Assembly: GCA_947306185.1 (NCBI GenBank)
Contig: CAMZFU010000002.1
Span: 2,128-66,127, forward strand
DNA length: 64,000 nucleotides
Direction: 5' to 3'
Origin: an uncultured Pseudomonadota bacterium
GTDB taxonomy: Bacteria; Pseudomonadota; Alphaproteobacteria; Rs-D84
Both the position numbers and the translations under genes were made by a program. The notes under the pieces are model-generated. The model did no database searches. It saw nothing but the letters and a program-made list of their open reading frames with translations, and was not told where the DNA came from. The number at the start of each line of letters is the position of its first letter. The first letter of the stretch is position 1. This document shows positions 35,924 to 45,939 of the stretch, in pieces.

Positions 35924-36239
35924 ATTTGATAAAGACGAACGTGCGGCGCGCCCACAAACAATTGCCGGTGCATTGGGACGATTGTTTAAACGCCTTGGGG
36001 TGCGTGCATCAGATTCCGATTTGGTCGCGCGTTGGCCACAAATTATTGGTTCCGAAATATCAAACCTTGCCGATATTTGCGCGGTAAAGAAAACACGTTC
36101 CGGTGGGTATAATATTGTTTTGCGACCACGGAATCCGGCGTATACGTTAAAATTATCGTATATGACCGAAGAGATTAAGCAAAAGATAAATAAATATTTT
36201 GGTTCGACCTGCGTTGAAAAAATAAGTTTCAGGAAATAA
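35904..36239 (+). CDS. DUF721 (DciA-like) protein
   Basis: The 111-aa protein shows the pattern ...LVARWPQIIGSEISNLADICAVKK...LVLRPRNPAYTLKLSYMTEEIKQKIN typical of DUF721. Confidence 0.6.
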   Translation: MSSQENKFDKDERAARPQTIAGALGRLFKRLGVRASDSDLVARWPQIIGSEISNLADICAVKKTRSGGYNIVLRPRNPAYTLKLSYMTEEIKQKINKYFGSTCVEKISFRK

Positions 36240-36243
36240 TAAA

Positions 36244-36732
36244 ATGACACGTATTTTGGGCATTGACCCCGGACTTTTACATACTGGATGGGCGGTGATC
36301 GACACGGCGGGTTCCGCACGGCATTACGTGGCAAGTGGTGTTATATTACCAAAAAAGACCGGCGAATTGGCCGAACGCCTTGCCATTATATTTAATGAAG
36401 TTTCCAAAATATGCGATGCGTTTTCCCCAAATGAATGCAGTATGGAAATCACATTTGTAAATAAAAATCCAACAACAACCCTTATTTTGGGACACGCACG
36501 TGCCGCGGCAATGGTTGCAATCGCGGTAAAAAATATCCCAATATCCGAATACGAACCGAATCGGATAAAAAAGATTTTAACTGGTGGTGGACATGCCGAT
36601 AAAACCGCAGTTGATAAAATGGTCCGCATATTATTGCCAATGGCAAATCCAAAAACACCGGACGAAAGTGATGCCATCGCAATCGCACTGGCCCACGCAA
36701 ACACAACAAATTTCGCAAAGTTTATGAAATAA
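36244..36732 (+). CDS. ruvC: Holliday junction resolvase RuvC
   Basis: It starts MTRILGIDPGLLHTGWAVID and has the C-terminal acidic residues DESDAIAIAL. Confidence 0.93.
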   Translation: MTRILGIDPGLLHTGWAVIDTAGSARHYVASGVILPKKTGELAERLAIIFNEVSKICDAFSPNECSMEITFVNKNPTTTLILGHARAAAMVAIAVKNIPISEYEPNRIKKILTGGGHADKTAVDKMVRILLPMANPKTPDESDAIAIALAHANTTNFAKFMK

Positions 36733-36757
36733 AAAAACCGCCAATATGGCGGTTTTA
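36733..36757. terminator. bidirectional terminator between ruvC and yebC-family gene
   Basis: The stem aaaccgcc-aatat-ggcggttt is flanked by A and T runs. Confidence 0.6.
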
Positions 36758-36776
36758 CTAATCACCAATACTATAA

Positions 36777-37493
36777 TTATGCCGCGGCGGTGAATACCTT
36801 TTGCACATCATCATTTGCATCTAATGCATCAACAAGGCGTTCAACCTTTTCCCATGTTTCCTCATCAACATCCATCGGCATATTCGGAATCCATGTTAAT
36901 TCCGCACTTTCCGGTTCGCCCAAAACGTCGGCGATTTTCTTTTGAACGTTCATGAAATCATCCGGTTTGGTTGTGATAATGAAACCTTCTTCGGTTGTTT
37001 CCAAATTATCAGCATCCGCATCCATAATGATTTCCATCATTTCATCTTCGGTTTTTCCAATAGATGCCGGATACAAAATCTGACCGGCGCGGGTGAACAT
37101 AAATGCAACACTGCCCTCTTCGCCCATATTTCCACCGTGTTTAGAAAAGATATTGCGAACTTCTGGCACGGTACGACGTGGATTATCGGTCAATGCCTCA
37201 ACAATAATTGGCACCGCCCCTGGCCCATAACCTTCGTAACGTACAGAAACGTAACTTTCGGTATTGGAACCCGATGCCTTTTCAATTGCACGTTTAATAT
37301 TATCATTCGGCATAGAATTTTTACGTGCCTGTAAAATAGCCAAACGCAGGCGCGGGTTATTATCGGGATTTTTATCACCCAATTTTGCCGCCATTGTAAT
37401 TTCACGCGCTAATTTTGTAAACAAACCACTGCGCGCCGCATCCGCCAGCCCTTTTTTATGCTGAATATTATGCCATTTGCTGTGTCCACTCAT
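36777..37493 (-). CDS. YebC/PmpR family DNA-binding transcriptional regulator
   Basis: It starts MSGHSKWHNIQHKKG and is 238 aa. Confidence 0.93.
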   Translation of the reverse strand: MSGHSKWHNIQHKKGLADAARSGLFTKLAREITMAAKLGDKNPDNNPRLRLAILQARKNSMPNDNIKRAIEKASGSNTESYVSVRYEGYGPGAVPIIVEALTDNPRRTVPEVRNIFSKHGGNMGEEGSVAFMFTRAGQILYPASIGKTEDEMMEIIMDADADNLETTEEGFIITTKPDDFMNVQKKIADVLGEPESAELTWIPNMPMDVDEETWEKVERLVDALDANDDVQKVFTAAA

Positions 37494-37545
37494 AATTTGA
37501 CCTTTTGATTCAATTAGATTAGAATAACAGGCATAAGGATAGCAA

Positions 37546-38121
37546 ATGATTGGAAAATTGCAAGGTATTGTTGATTATATTGGTGATGGGTTCATTATTT
37601 TGATGGCGGGGCCCGTCGGATATCAGGTTTATACTTCAGAAACATTGACATTAAAGTCCACGGTTAGCCTTTGGATTGAAACAATTGTCCGCGAAGATTC
37701 GATTCGTTTATTTGGTTTTTCAACCCATTCCGCGCAAAACCTGTTTAATATGCTGATTGGGGTTTCCGGTGTCGGGCCAAAGGTTGCATTGGCCATAATG
37801 GGAACAATAAAGACAGATACATTGATGACGGCAATCGCAACCGGCGATACCAAAACGATATCTACCGCACCGGGTGTTGGTAAAAAGATGGCGGAAAAAA
37901 TTATCGTAGAACTGAAATCACGGGTTGGCAGCGCATCATTTGATTTCGGTGCGTCCGATTCGGGTGGCGTTTTACCAGATTTACTCGCCGCATTGGAATC
38001 TTTGGGTTATCGCCGTATGGATATTGTTGAAATGGCACAAAAATTGGTTGCACAAAACCCAGATGCCGATATATCAAAACTTGTTCCAATGGCATTAAAA
38101 GAAATAAGTGGCAATAAATAA
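37546..38121 (+). CDS. ruvA: Holliday junction branch migration protein RuvA
   Basis: It starts MIGKLQGIV, has HhH motifs (GVSGVGPKVALAIM; APGVGKKMAEKI) and is 191 aa. Confidence 0.93.
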   Translation: MIGKLQGIVDYIGDGFIILMAGPVGYQVYTSETLTLKSTVSLWIETIVREDSIRLFGFSTHSAQNLFNMLIGVSGVGPKVALAIMGTIKTDTLMTAIATGDTKTISTAPGVGKKMAEKIIVELKSRVGSASFDFGASDSGGVLPDLLAALESLGYRRMDIVEMAQKLVAQNPDADISKLVPMALKEISGNK

Positions 38122-39419
38122 TGACTAACAACGATACAATTTTTGCACTATCATCGGGACGCGGTAAATCCGGTGTTGCGGTAATTCGCATATCTGGTGA
38201 TAATCTTAAAGAATTTGCAAAAAAAATTATTGGCCACCCACCAGTACCCCGGCACGCGTATTTTGCGAACCTGATGGACGATACGGGCGAAATTATTGAT
38301 CAATGTGTTGTAATATATTTTGCCGCACCATACAGTTTCACCGGCACCGATATTATTGAAATTCAATCGCACGGTGCACCGGCGGTAATACTTAAGATAT
38401 TCCAATTCTTGCGAACACAGCATATGCGTATCGCAACGCCCGGTGAATTTTCACGTCGTGCATTTTATAACGGGAAAATGGATTTGTCTGATGTTGATGG
38501 ACTTGTTGCATTATTGGACGCACAAACAGACAAACAACGCGTCGCGGCATTAAAATCCATGATGGGTGGGGACAGTGATATTTACACCGATTGGCGGATG
38601 CAAATGTTAAAGATATCGGCATACGCCGCCGCAATGACCGATTACAATTCTGATGATTTGCCGGGCAACATAGATGAAACAATTTATGAACACATAAAAA
38701 CTCTCTATACGGCGATTTCTGCCGCATTGGGCAAATATAATGCATCACGTGCAATTACGTGCGGTATCAACATTACTATTGTTGGCGAAACAAATGTTGG
38801 TAAATCATCACTGTTCAATCGTATTGTGGGATCCGCCCGCGCCATAGTATCAGATATTCCCGGGACAACACGCGATGTCGTATCGGCAACAATGGATATC
38901 GGGGGGTACATGGTGAATATTTCGGATACGGCGGGCATTCGTGACGCAACCGATACAATTGAACGAATCGGTATAGAACGCACCAATGATGAAATCAATA
39001 ATGCCGATATAGTCATTCACGTAATAAATCCAAACGATAAATATGCCAAGATTAAACCGGATGAAATATTGGTTATAAATAAATCGGATACAACCGATGT
39101 GCACAAGATAAACGGGGCGATATATACATCGGCAAAAAATGGTGACGGGATACCAGAACTGATGTCGGCAATTACGGAACGCATAAACAAAATAACCGGA
39201 AACGGCGAATCGGTATTGATGATAAATGCGCGCACATACGATTTGGTTAAAACCGCCGCAGACGAATTAAAAAATGCATTAGAACGGTCAAATGGTGATT
39301 ATGATATATTGTCCGAACATGTCCGTTATGCCGCCGATGCAATTGGAAAAATACTTGGTATAATCGGTACCGATGAAGTATTGGATATGACATTCTCGCA
39401 GTTATGTTTAGGGAAATAG
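38121..39419 (+). CDS. mnmE: tRNA modification GTPase MnmE
   Basis: The G domain is present (GETNVGKSSLFN, DTAG) along with the C-terminal CLGK motif. It overlaps the ruvA stop (TAATG). Confidence 0.95.
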   Translation: MTNNDTIFALSSGRGKSGVAVIRISGDNLKEFAKKIIGHPPVPRHAYFANLMDDTGEIIDQCVVIYFAAPYSFTGTDIIEIQSHGAPAVILKIFQFLRTQHMRIATPGEFSRRAFYNGKMDLSDVDGLVALLDAQTDKQRVAALKSMMGGDSDIYTDWRMQMLKISAYAAAMTDYNSDDLPGNIDETIYEHIKTLYTAISAALGKYNASRAITCGINITIVGETNVGKSSLFNRIVGSARAIVSDIPGTTRDVVSATMDIGGYMVNISDTAGIRDATDTIERIGIERTNDEINNADIVIHVINPNDKYAKIKPDEILVINKSDTTDVHKINGAIYTSAKNGDGIPELMSAITERINKITGNGESVLMINARTYDLVKTAADELKNALERSNGDYDILSEHVRYAADAIGKILGIIGTDEVLDMTFSQLCLGK

Positions 39420-39430
39420 AGATTAACAAC

Positions 39431-39464
39431 AAAAAAGAACCGCCCAAATGGGCGGTGTTTTTTA
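39431..39464. terminator. bidirectional terminator between mnmE and 39462..40307
   Basis: An A-run precedes accgccc-aaat-gggcggt, and a T-run follows. Confidence 0.7.
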
Positions 39465-40307
39465 CCTTTTAATTTCAAGCGATGTCTTTGCAGCAGCAAA
39501 TGAAGTTATTTTACCTGCACCATACTTCTTTCTTATTGATTCAGGCAACACGGCTTCATCAATAACCTTTATAACCTCTTCATATTCTTTTGGATGCGCC
39601 TTTAAATATCCTAAAATAATCGCGACACATCTTTCATAATTTTTATTTATTTTACCTTCCGCCACAGCCTCAAAATAGCTTCTATCTACCCTTGAAAGAG
39701 ACTCTAATATTTTATCTCCATCTACGTTTAAATTCTCTACTAGGGATGTTAGATTATTATCAGCAATCTGATTAACCTTCAATTTTTCCATTGCATGGAA
39801 AAGCTCTTTAGCTTTTTCTTTTTTATCTTTCGTATCTTTGGAAATAATAATCCCCATTATAACACATGTTATAAGTAAGTTCATAAAGCTATCAAAACCA
39901 ACACCAAACGGATTATCTTCCCAATCACCCATACCATAAGCACTTTTAATCGCCTCGCCATAAGTATGATATCTGGCTTTTGTTTCTGTATTTGTATTTG
40001 GGTCCCAATCGCCTTCAAGTGCCTTATCTAAGCCAAACACTGCACTTCCAAGAGCAATTCCAACAATTTGACCTATCAACGCCCCCCTTAAAACCGAATA
40101 TTGCAGAAAAGGTCTGATTTTACGCGCGATTATACGCTTTTTCTTTTTTTCCAGCTTCTTTTGCGCCTTGATTGAGCGCGCCTCTTCTTCTTTCCTTTTT
40201 TGTTCTTCAATTTCCCGTTCTTGTTCTTCTCGTTCCGCTTCCTCAGCCTTTCTTTGGGTTTCTAGTTGTTCTTGATATTCATCATATCCGATTCTTTGTT
40301 TTGTCAT
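39462..40307 (-). CDS. hypothetical membrane protein with charged coiled-coil N-terminus
   Basis: The 281-aa protein has an E/K/R-rich N-terminal 60 aa, two TM helices and a helical C-terminal domain. I recognise no family. Confidence 0.6.
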   Translation of the reverse strand: MTKQRIGYDEYQEQLETQRKAEEAEREEQEREIEEQKRKEEEARSIKAQKKLEKKKKRIIARKIRPFLQYSVLRGALIGQIVGIALGSAVFGLDKALEGDWDPNTNTETKARYHTYGEAIKSAYGMGDWEDNPFGVGFDSFMNLLITCVIMGIIISKDTKDKKEKAKELFHAMEKLKVNQIADNNLTSLVENLNVDGDKILESLSRVDRSYFEAVAEGKINKNYERCVAIILGYLKAHPKEYEEVIKVIDEAVLPESIRKKYGAGKITSFAAAKTSLEIKR

Positions 40308-40459
40308 TTTTTATCCTTATTATTTTTTTATAGTTCTAAACAGAAACTATAACACAAAAAAAACCATTGTCAAGTATACATAAAATACCACAAGGGTTCC
40401 GCGTTTCCACGGTATGACACTGTTTTTTCGATTTGTTTCTATTGATTATTAATTCGCAT

Positions 40460-42040
40460 CTATTCTTTACGAATCGGATATTGACCTTCTATCAGATTCT
40501 TACGAACAATATGGTGCTTTACCTTTTGCGTACTGGTCATCGGCAAATCTTCGGTTGTCATCGCAAAATGCGTAACCCATTTGTACGATGCAACTTTTTT
40601 ATTCGCCGCTGCAACCGCCGCAGACAACTTTTCCATTGTCATGCCCTCTTCTACGCTGAACACACCATATGAAACGGTTTTATCTTTCACTTTGTGTTCA
40701 AACACCGCGACATTTTTAACACCCGGTATCGTAATGAACAATCCTTCTAATTCATCAGGATAAACGTTTTTACCACTATCCAAAACAATCACTTGTTTTT
40801 TACGACCAGCAAAATGTAATTCGCCATTTTTATCCATTGAAACAACGTCACCAGTATTAAAGAATCCGCGTTCATCAAATGCTTGTCTGTTCGCTTCTTC
40901 ATTATTTAAATAGCCACCGAAAACCTGACGTCCACGAACCCACAAGATTCCAACCCCATCTTCATTTTTATCACGAATTTCAACTTCGTTATTGGTTGTT
41001 GGTCCACCAAACGCGAACGGTACACGACCTTTGCAAGGTTTAGAAATACAGATTGGTCCAACGGTTTCGGTCATACCGTACCCTTGGATAAATCCAAGGC
41101 CAAGTGCCACAAAGAAATTCTCGATTTCTGGCTTGGTCGCCGCACCACCCGCAATAAGCAACTTTGCACGCCCACCAAATATATCCAAAATTGGTTGTTT
41201 TACCTTGTCTACGAGTTTTCCAAGCCCGATTTTGCTTAACAGTTTTTGATTCTTTATTATAAACGAGAACAAGACCCACATATGTTTCGCCTTAATCCCA
41301 TCAATAATTTTGTTACGAAATACTTCAAACAAACGCGGAACAGCCGGTATCACATGTGGACGATATTTTTTGAAATCTGCCAATATTTCTTTTGGATTGA
41401 CGGTTGGTTGTAATAAAACCCCGGCACCATATTCCAATGTTGCCAATATTTCAACCGCAAAGCCAAATATATGATACATCGGCAAAAAGCCATAAAGTAT
41501 ATCACCCGCCGAAATATATTCACGCATATCCAACAATGATGCCGCACATTCTACCAAATTATAATGCGTAAGCGGCACAATCTTTGGTGTTCCGGTTGAA
41601 CCAGATGTAAACGACAATGTTGCAATATCTTTGTCATCTAATTTGGCCGGTTTCAATTTCGGATTCACTTCACCATCTTTGGCCGTTATGTCAACAAATG
41701 TAAAGTTATCTGTCTTATAAAAGAAAGATTTTTCGGCACAAACGAATTTACATTTGGTTATTTGCGCCATATTATCATATTCAAATGGTGTCAGATTAGT
41801 ATCCAACAACAAAACTTTTCCACCCAAGAACCATATTGCAAACAATGTAACCGGAAATTCTGGTATATTATGCGACAATATGGCAACAACATCGCCAGCC
41901 TTGACCCCATTATCGTGTAAGGTCGCCGCACGACGCTTGACCAATTCCAGAAATCCAGAATAAGTTACCTCTTCACGAACAAGATACAGTATATCAGGCC
42001 ATTTAGCCACGGTATTTTCTAAAAACTGAAACATATTCAT
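40460..42040 (-). CDS. AMP-dependent synthetase/ligase (long-chain acyl-CoA synthetase-like)
   Basis: The AMP-binding motif SFTSGSTGTPK is present, along with GYGMTE and a C-terminal lysine region. Confidence 0.85.
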   Translation of the reverse strand: MNMFQFLENTVAKWPDILYLVREEVTYSGFLELVKRRAATLHDNGVKAGDVVAILSHNIPEFPVTLFAIWFLGGKVLLLDTNLTPFEYDNMAQITKCKFVCAEKSFFYKTDNFTFVDITAKDGEVNPKLKPAKLDDKDIATLSFTSGSTGTPKIVPLTHYNLVECAASLLDMREYISAGDILYGFLPMYHIFGFAVEILATLEYGAGVLLQPTVNPKEILADFKKYRPHVIPAVPRLFEVFRNKIIDGIKAKHMWVLFSFIIKNQKLLSKIGLGKLVDKVKQPILDIFGGRAKLLIAGGAATKPEIENFFVALGLGFIQGYGMTETVGPICISKPCKGRVPFAFGGPTTNNEVEIRDKNEDGVGILWVRGRQVFGGYLNNEEANRQAFDERGFFNTGDVVSMDKNGELHFAGRKKQVIVLDSGKNVYPDELEGLFITIPGVKNVAVFEHKVKDKTVSYGVFSVEEGMTMEKLSAAVAAANKKVASYKWVTHFAMTTEDLPMTSTQKVKHHIVRKNLIEGQYPIRKE

Positions 42041-42108
42041 AATAAAAATCCTTGTTGTTTTTATAAAATCTTACGACTATTATATTCATAAAAGGAAATT
42101 TTGCAAAT

Positions 42109-42876
42109 ATGAAAATACTAACATTAAATATTAATTCTATCCGCGCACATGCGGAATCTTTCCTGGATATATTAAAATCTGGGGAATATGATACTATTCT
42201 TGTCCAAGAATTAAAGGTAGAAACTGGCGCATTTCCGCATAATTTATTTGATGAATACGGCTATAACATCAAAGTTTTTGGCCAAAAAAGTTGGAACGGG
42301 GTTGCAACATTTTCCAAACTTTCTATTGAAGATGCCGTACGCGGAATGCCGAATTATCCAGATCCAAACGCACGATTTTTGGAAACGGTAATAGATGGGC
42401 GGGTCCGCCTAATAAATGTATACATGCCAAATGGCGAATCCGAAGAATCACCCAAATTCCAATATAAATTAGAATGGATGCGCGCATTTTCTGATTATAT
42501 TTCGCAGTATATCGATTCCGAAGAAGCGGTTATAATTGGTGGTGATTTCAATGTTGCAATAGAAGACCGTGATATATGGAATCCAAAAAACTATATTGGT
42601 TCAAGCATTTCTGCACCGGCGGCACGTGAAATTATGCAATCTTGGTTAGATGCCGGATGGATGGATTCGTGGCGCAATATGCATCCAGATGATATTGGAT
42701 ATACTTGGTTCAGTTACCGCCAACATAGTTTGGAACACAATAACGGTTTGCGATTGGATTATTTTTTGGCAAACAAGATTGCTCAAAAAATGATTCGCGC
42801 ATGCGAAATAGACCAATGCCCACGCACCGCAGAAAAATCAACAGACCATTGTGGATTAATGATTAAATTAGATTAA
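42109..42876 (+). CDS. xthA: exodeoxyribonuclease III
   Basis: The protein starts MKILTLNINSIRA, contains GGDFNV and ends with STDHCGL. It is 255 aa. Confidence 0.92.
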   Translation: MKILTLNINSIRAHAESFLDILKSGEYDTILVQELKVETGAFPHNLFDEYGYNIKVFGQKSWNGVATFSKLSIEDAVRGMPNYPDPNARFLETVIDGRVRLINVYMPNGESEESPKFQYKLEWMRAFSDYISQYIDSEEAVIIGGDFNVAIEDRDIWNPKNYIGSSISAPAAREIMQSWLDAGWMDSWRNMHPDDIGYTWFSYRQHSLEHNNGLRLDYFLANKIAQKMIRACEIDQCPRTAEKSTDHCGLMIKLD

Positions 42877-45398
42877 TCGCGTTCTTCGGCGCGTGCGAAA
42901 TCATCCACACTTTTATATTTTGGATCACTTGTTCGCAGGTATCTGTATGGTGCGCCCCCCGCAGAATACATATTAAATAATTCTGTCACCTTATCGTATG
43001 CCGATTGCATCGCGGTTTTAGTATCTTCGATATCATATTCAATTATCTGTGTATGGTGCGCCTGTAATTGTAAAAAACGCATTATTGGTTCCGGCACATT
43101 TGTTCTATACGTGGCAAATCCGCCATTTTTCAACATTAATGCCTCTAATGGTAATTGGGGCATATTACCACTAATTACACGTGGACGTGATGGTGCGGCA
43201 CCGGTTTTAATATCCAAAACCCCACCATTCCATATTCTATCGGCACGGGCACGAACATTACGTCCGGCAATATTTATACAACCATCTATTTCAACCGCCG
43301 CATTCGGGGTATTCGCCAACATTTCAACCGCAATTGGTGCAATCTCAACAAACCGCCGATGCCATATTGCGAGAATCAGATTATTTTTACCCAACACCGC
43401 GCGCGCGCGCGAATCCATTTCGGCAACAAGATACTCCGCCGTTGCGTTGGTTGGCGCGTGTTCCAAAACATCATGGACCAAATTTCCAAAATCACGTGCA
43501 TCTACATCGGCCCAGTAATCTTTGATTGGTCGCAAGTGTAAAATATGTTGAACATAAAATGCGTATGGATTATGTATCAGCGTTTCTAATTCGGTAACAT
43601 ATACATCCGTCCAATCGGCGGGCGGTGTTGGGTCGTCATATACCAATGATTTTCCTGGAACAACATCACGCGAACGAACCGATGACAATAGTCCACTTGC
43701 CGTATCTTTATCAACCACGCCACGGGCGGCAATAACACGCGATATAAATCGCGATTCTTGTGTTTGTACGCCACCGGATACTTTACTGCGCAACCAATAT
43801 ACATCCGCACCACACGAAAGTGTCATAAAATCGAGTGCCATCAATGACACCTTGTGATTCGGTGACGGCATACCAATTTCTGCAGATATACGTCGCGGCA
43901 ACCACGGGTTTTCATACCCCAATGATGGAAACATACCTTCATTTAATCCGGTTAGTATAACAACATCCGCGGTTTGCATACGCGATTCAATTGTCCCCAA
44001 TACGGTAACCGGTGCCGCATCATTCATCGGCGAACGCACCCTTATCCCTGACAATGCGTCCGCAATAAATGCACGTGCATCCGCAATATTTACATGTATA
44101 TTTTGCGCATTTAGACAATCTGATAGTTTTTTTACCGCACTCCAAATTTGTATTGAAACAGAATCGTCTATCAAAAATTTCGGTGACATTTGGGAATAAA
44201 ATCTTTCGACAATTTCGGCAACAGCATTAAACAAATCGAAATTCATACCAGTATAAATATCTTCAAATGCGGTACTGTCTGTTTCTATCCAATCATCAAA
44301 AAGATTTAAAACCGCCCTGCCCGCGGGGGTCAATGTTCCCGGGGTTCCCCCCGAAAAATCTGCCACAATTTTGCGACGATTAAATTCGGTCATTAAACGC
44401 TGATTTCCCGCCGCATCGGGTGTAATAATTAAAACCGTTTTATTTTCTTTTACCGCACGCGCCGCGATTTCCGCCGCAGTCGCAGCTTCTTCTGATTCAC
44501 GGTTTGTTTCAATTAAATGACAAGTGTTAAGATTATATTCAGAATCATTTAGAAATTCATTTCCAAACGCAATATTCATAAAATCTATATGTGACGGTCC
44601 AACATCTATTTCGCGCACATCAGATGGTGTTATACCAACATCAGACAAAAACATATATTCGGAATAATATGGATTTGTATCTAATCTAAAATCTTCAACC
44701 CGGCCTGATATTTTTCCAGACAATATAATTCGACCATTTTGTAATTCTGCAATAACTGTCATAAGTTTTCTTGTAACCGGAACACTTGCGGTGGAACCAC
44801 ATACCACAACCAATGAATCATCAACCGGTAATTTTCTTACATAATCGCACCACGCGTATACGGCGGAATTTCTGAACTTGGTTTCAGTATCGCGTCCATT
44901 GAATATTTCTTTATCAACCTGTGACAGCACCGACAGAATCTGCGATTTATCGCGGAAATGCGATGCATAGCGATCATCAATCAACGAATTCCAATCTATA
45001 TCAGATATATTCTTACCGCTGTTTTCAAGGTAATCTTGCATAGTTATTAATGTGCGTGCAACCGGTATTGCAGATGACATATTTTTTATACTTGGCAATT
45101 TAGAAAGTATATATGCCATTGTAACAACACGTTCTTGGACGGAAACGGTCGATGCGTTTTCAATATCTTCGATATCTTCACCTTCAAGCCCAACCCCAAG
45201 TGGAACTATTTTTGGTAAAATGCATGCATGGCCGATTTTATCGACAATCATTTTTTCTATGGTGCGTGCGGCACGACGACTTGGCACAAAAATCAAAATC
45301 TTTGGTAAATCGATTTTTGATTCGCAAATAATATGCCAAAGTCCGTCCAGCATTCGTGCCGGATTAGAAACACAAAAAACATTATTATTTAATGCCAA
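42873..45398 (-). CDS. addB: double-strand break repair protein AddB (alphaproteobacterial type)
   Basis: The N-terminal region is inactivated-helicase-like (ILIFVPSRRAARTIEKM...LPKIVPLG). The C-terminal PD-(D/E)XK nuclease motif is present (RADRIWNGGVLDIKTG). The protein is 841 aa and no adjacent addA is present. Confidence 0.7.
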   Translation of the reverse strand: MALNNNVFCVSNPARMLDGLWHIICESKIDLPKILIFVPSRRAARTIEKMIVDKIGHACILPKIVPLGVGLEGEDIEDIENASTVSVQERVVTMAYILSKLPSIKNMSSAIPVARTLITMQDYLENSGKNISDIDWNSLIDDRYASHFRDKSQILSVLSQVDKEIFNGRDTETKFRNSAVYAWCDYVRKLPVDDSLVVVCGSTASVPVTRKLMTVIAELQNGRIILSGKISGRVEDFRLDTNPYYSEYMFLSDVGITPSDVREIDVGPSHIDFMNIAFGNEFLNDSEYNLNTCHLIETNRESEEAATAAEIAARAVKENKTVLIITPDAAGNQRLMTEFNRRKIVADFSGGTPGTLTPAGRAVLNLFDDWIETDSTAFEDIYTGMNFDLFNAVAEIVERFYSQMSPKFLIDDSVSIQIWSAVKKLSDCLNAQNIHVNIADARAFIADALSGIRVRSPMNDAAPVTVLGTIESRMQTADVVILTGLNEGMFPSLGYENPWLPRRISAEIGMPSPNHKVSLMALDFMTLSCGADVYWLRSKVSGGVQTQESRFISRVIAARGVVDKDTASGLLSSVRSRDVVPGKSLVYDDPTPPADWTDVYVTELETLIHNPYAFYVQHILHLRPIKDYWADVDARDFGNLVHDVLEHAPTNATAEYLVAEMDSRARAVLGKNNLILAIWHRRFVEIAPIAVEMLANTPNAAVEIDGCINIAGRNVRARADRIWNGGVLDIKTGAAPSRPRVISGNMPQLPLEALMLKNGGFATYRTNVPEPIMRFLQLQAHHTQIIEYDIEDTKTAMQSAYDKVTELFNMYSAGGAPYRYLRTSDPKYKSVDDFARAEERD

Positions 45399-45939
45399 TG
45401 ATTGCCCTTATGGTATCAAGTCCATGTTTCTTTTCTGCGGATGTTTCCAAAACATCCGCAACCATTGCCGGGTGCACATCATAATCAATTTTAACCTGAT
45501 TAACTTCACGAACGCGTTTATCTTTTTTGGTATATATAACCTGATAAGAAATACCGTTTGCATCACAAAAATGCATCAAATCCAAATCAGATGTTTTTGG
45601 TCCGATACGCGAATCGATTAATACAAACAATCTTTTAAGTTGCCGACGCGTTGTTATATATTCTTGAAAACGTATCATCCATTTTTCCGCATCAACCTTG
45701 GACACACGTGCATACCCATAACCCGGCAAATCAACAATAGAAATTCTATCGTCAATATTGAACATATTTAACGTTTGTGTACGCCCCGGTGTATTTGATG
45801 TGCGTGCAACCGGCGCCCCAACAATCGCGTTTATAAGTGATGATTTACCAACATTACTGCGTCCTGCGAACGCGTATTCAGAAAACTGTGTTTCTGGTAA
45901 ATCGCATACTTTATCAAAAGCGCCAACAAATTTTATCAT
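45385..45939 (-). CDS. engB: ribosome biogenesis GTP-binding protein YihA/EngB
   Basis: The motifs GRSNVGKSSLINA and DLPGYGYA are present. Confidence 0.9.
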   Translation of the reverse strand: MIKFVGAFDKVCDLPETQFSEYAFAGRSNVGKSSLINAIVGAPVARTSNTPGRTQTLNMFNIDDRISIVDLPGYGYARVSKVDAEKWMIRFQEYITTRRQLKRLFVLIDSRIGPKTSDLDLMHFCDANGISYQVIYTKKDKRVREVNQVKIDYDVHPAMVADVLETSAEKKHGLDTIRAIIGIK

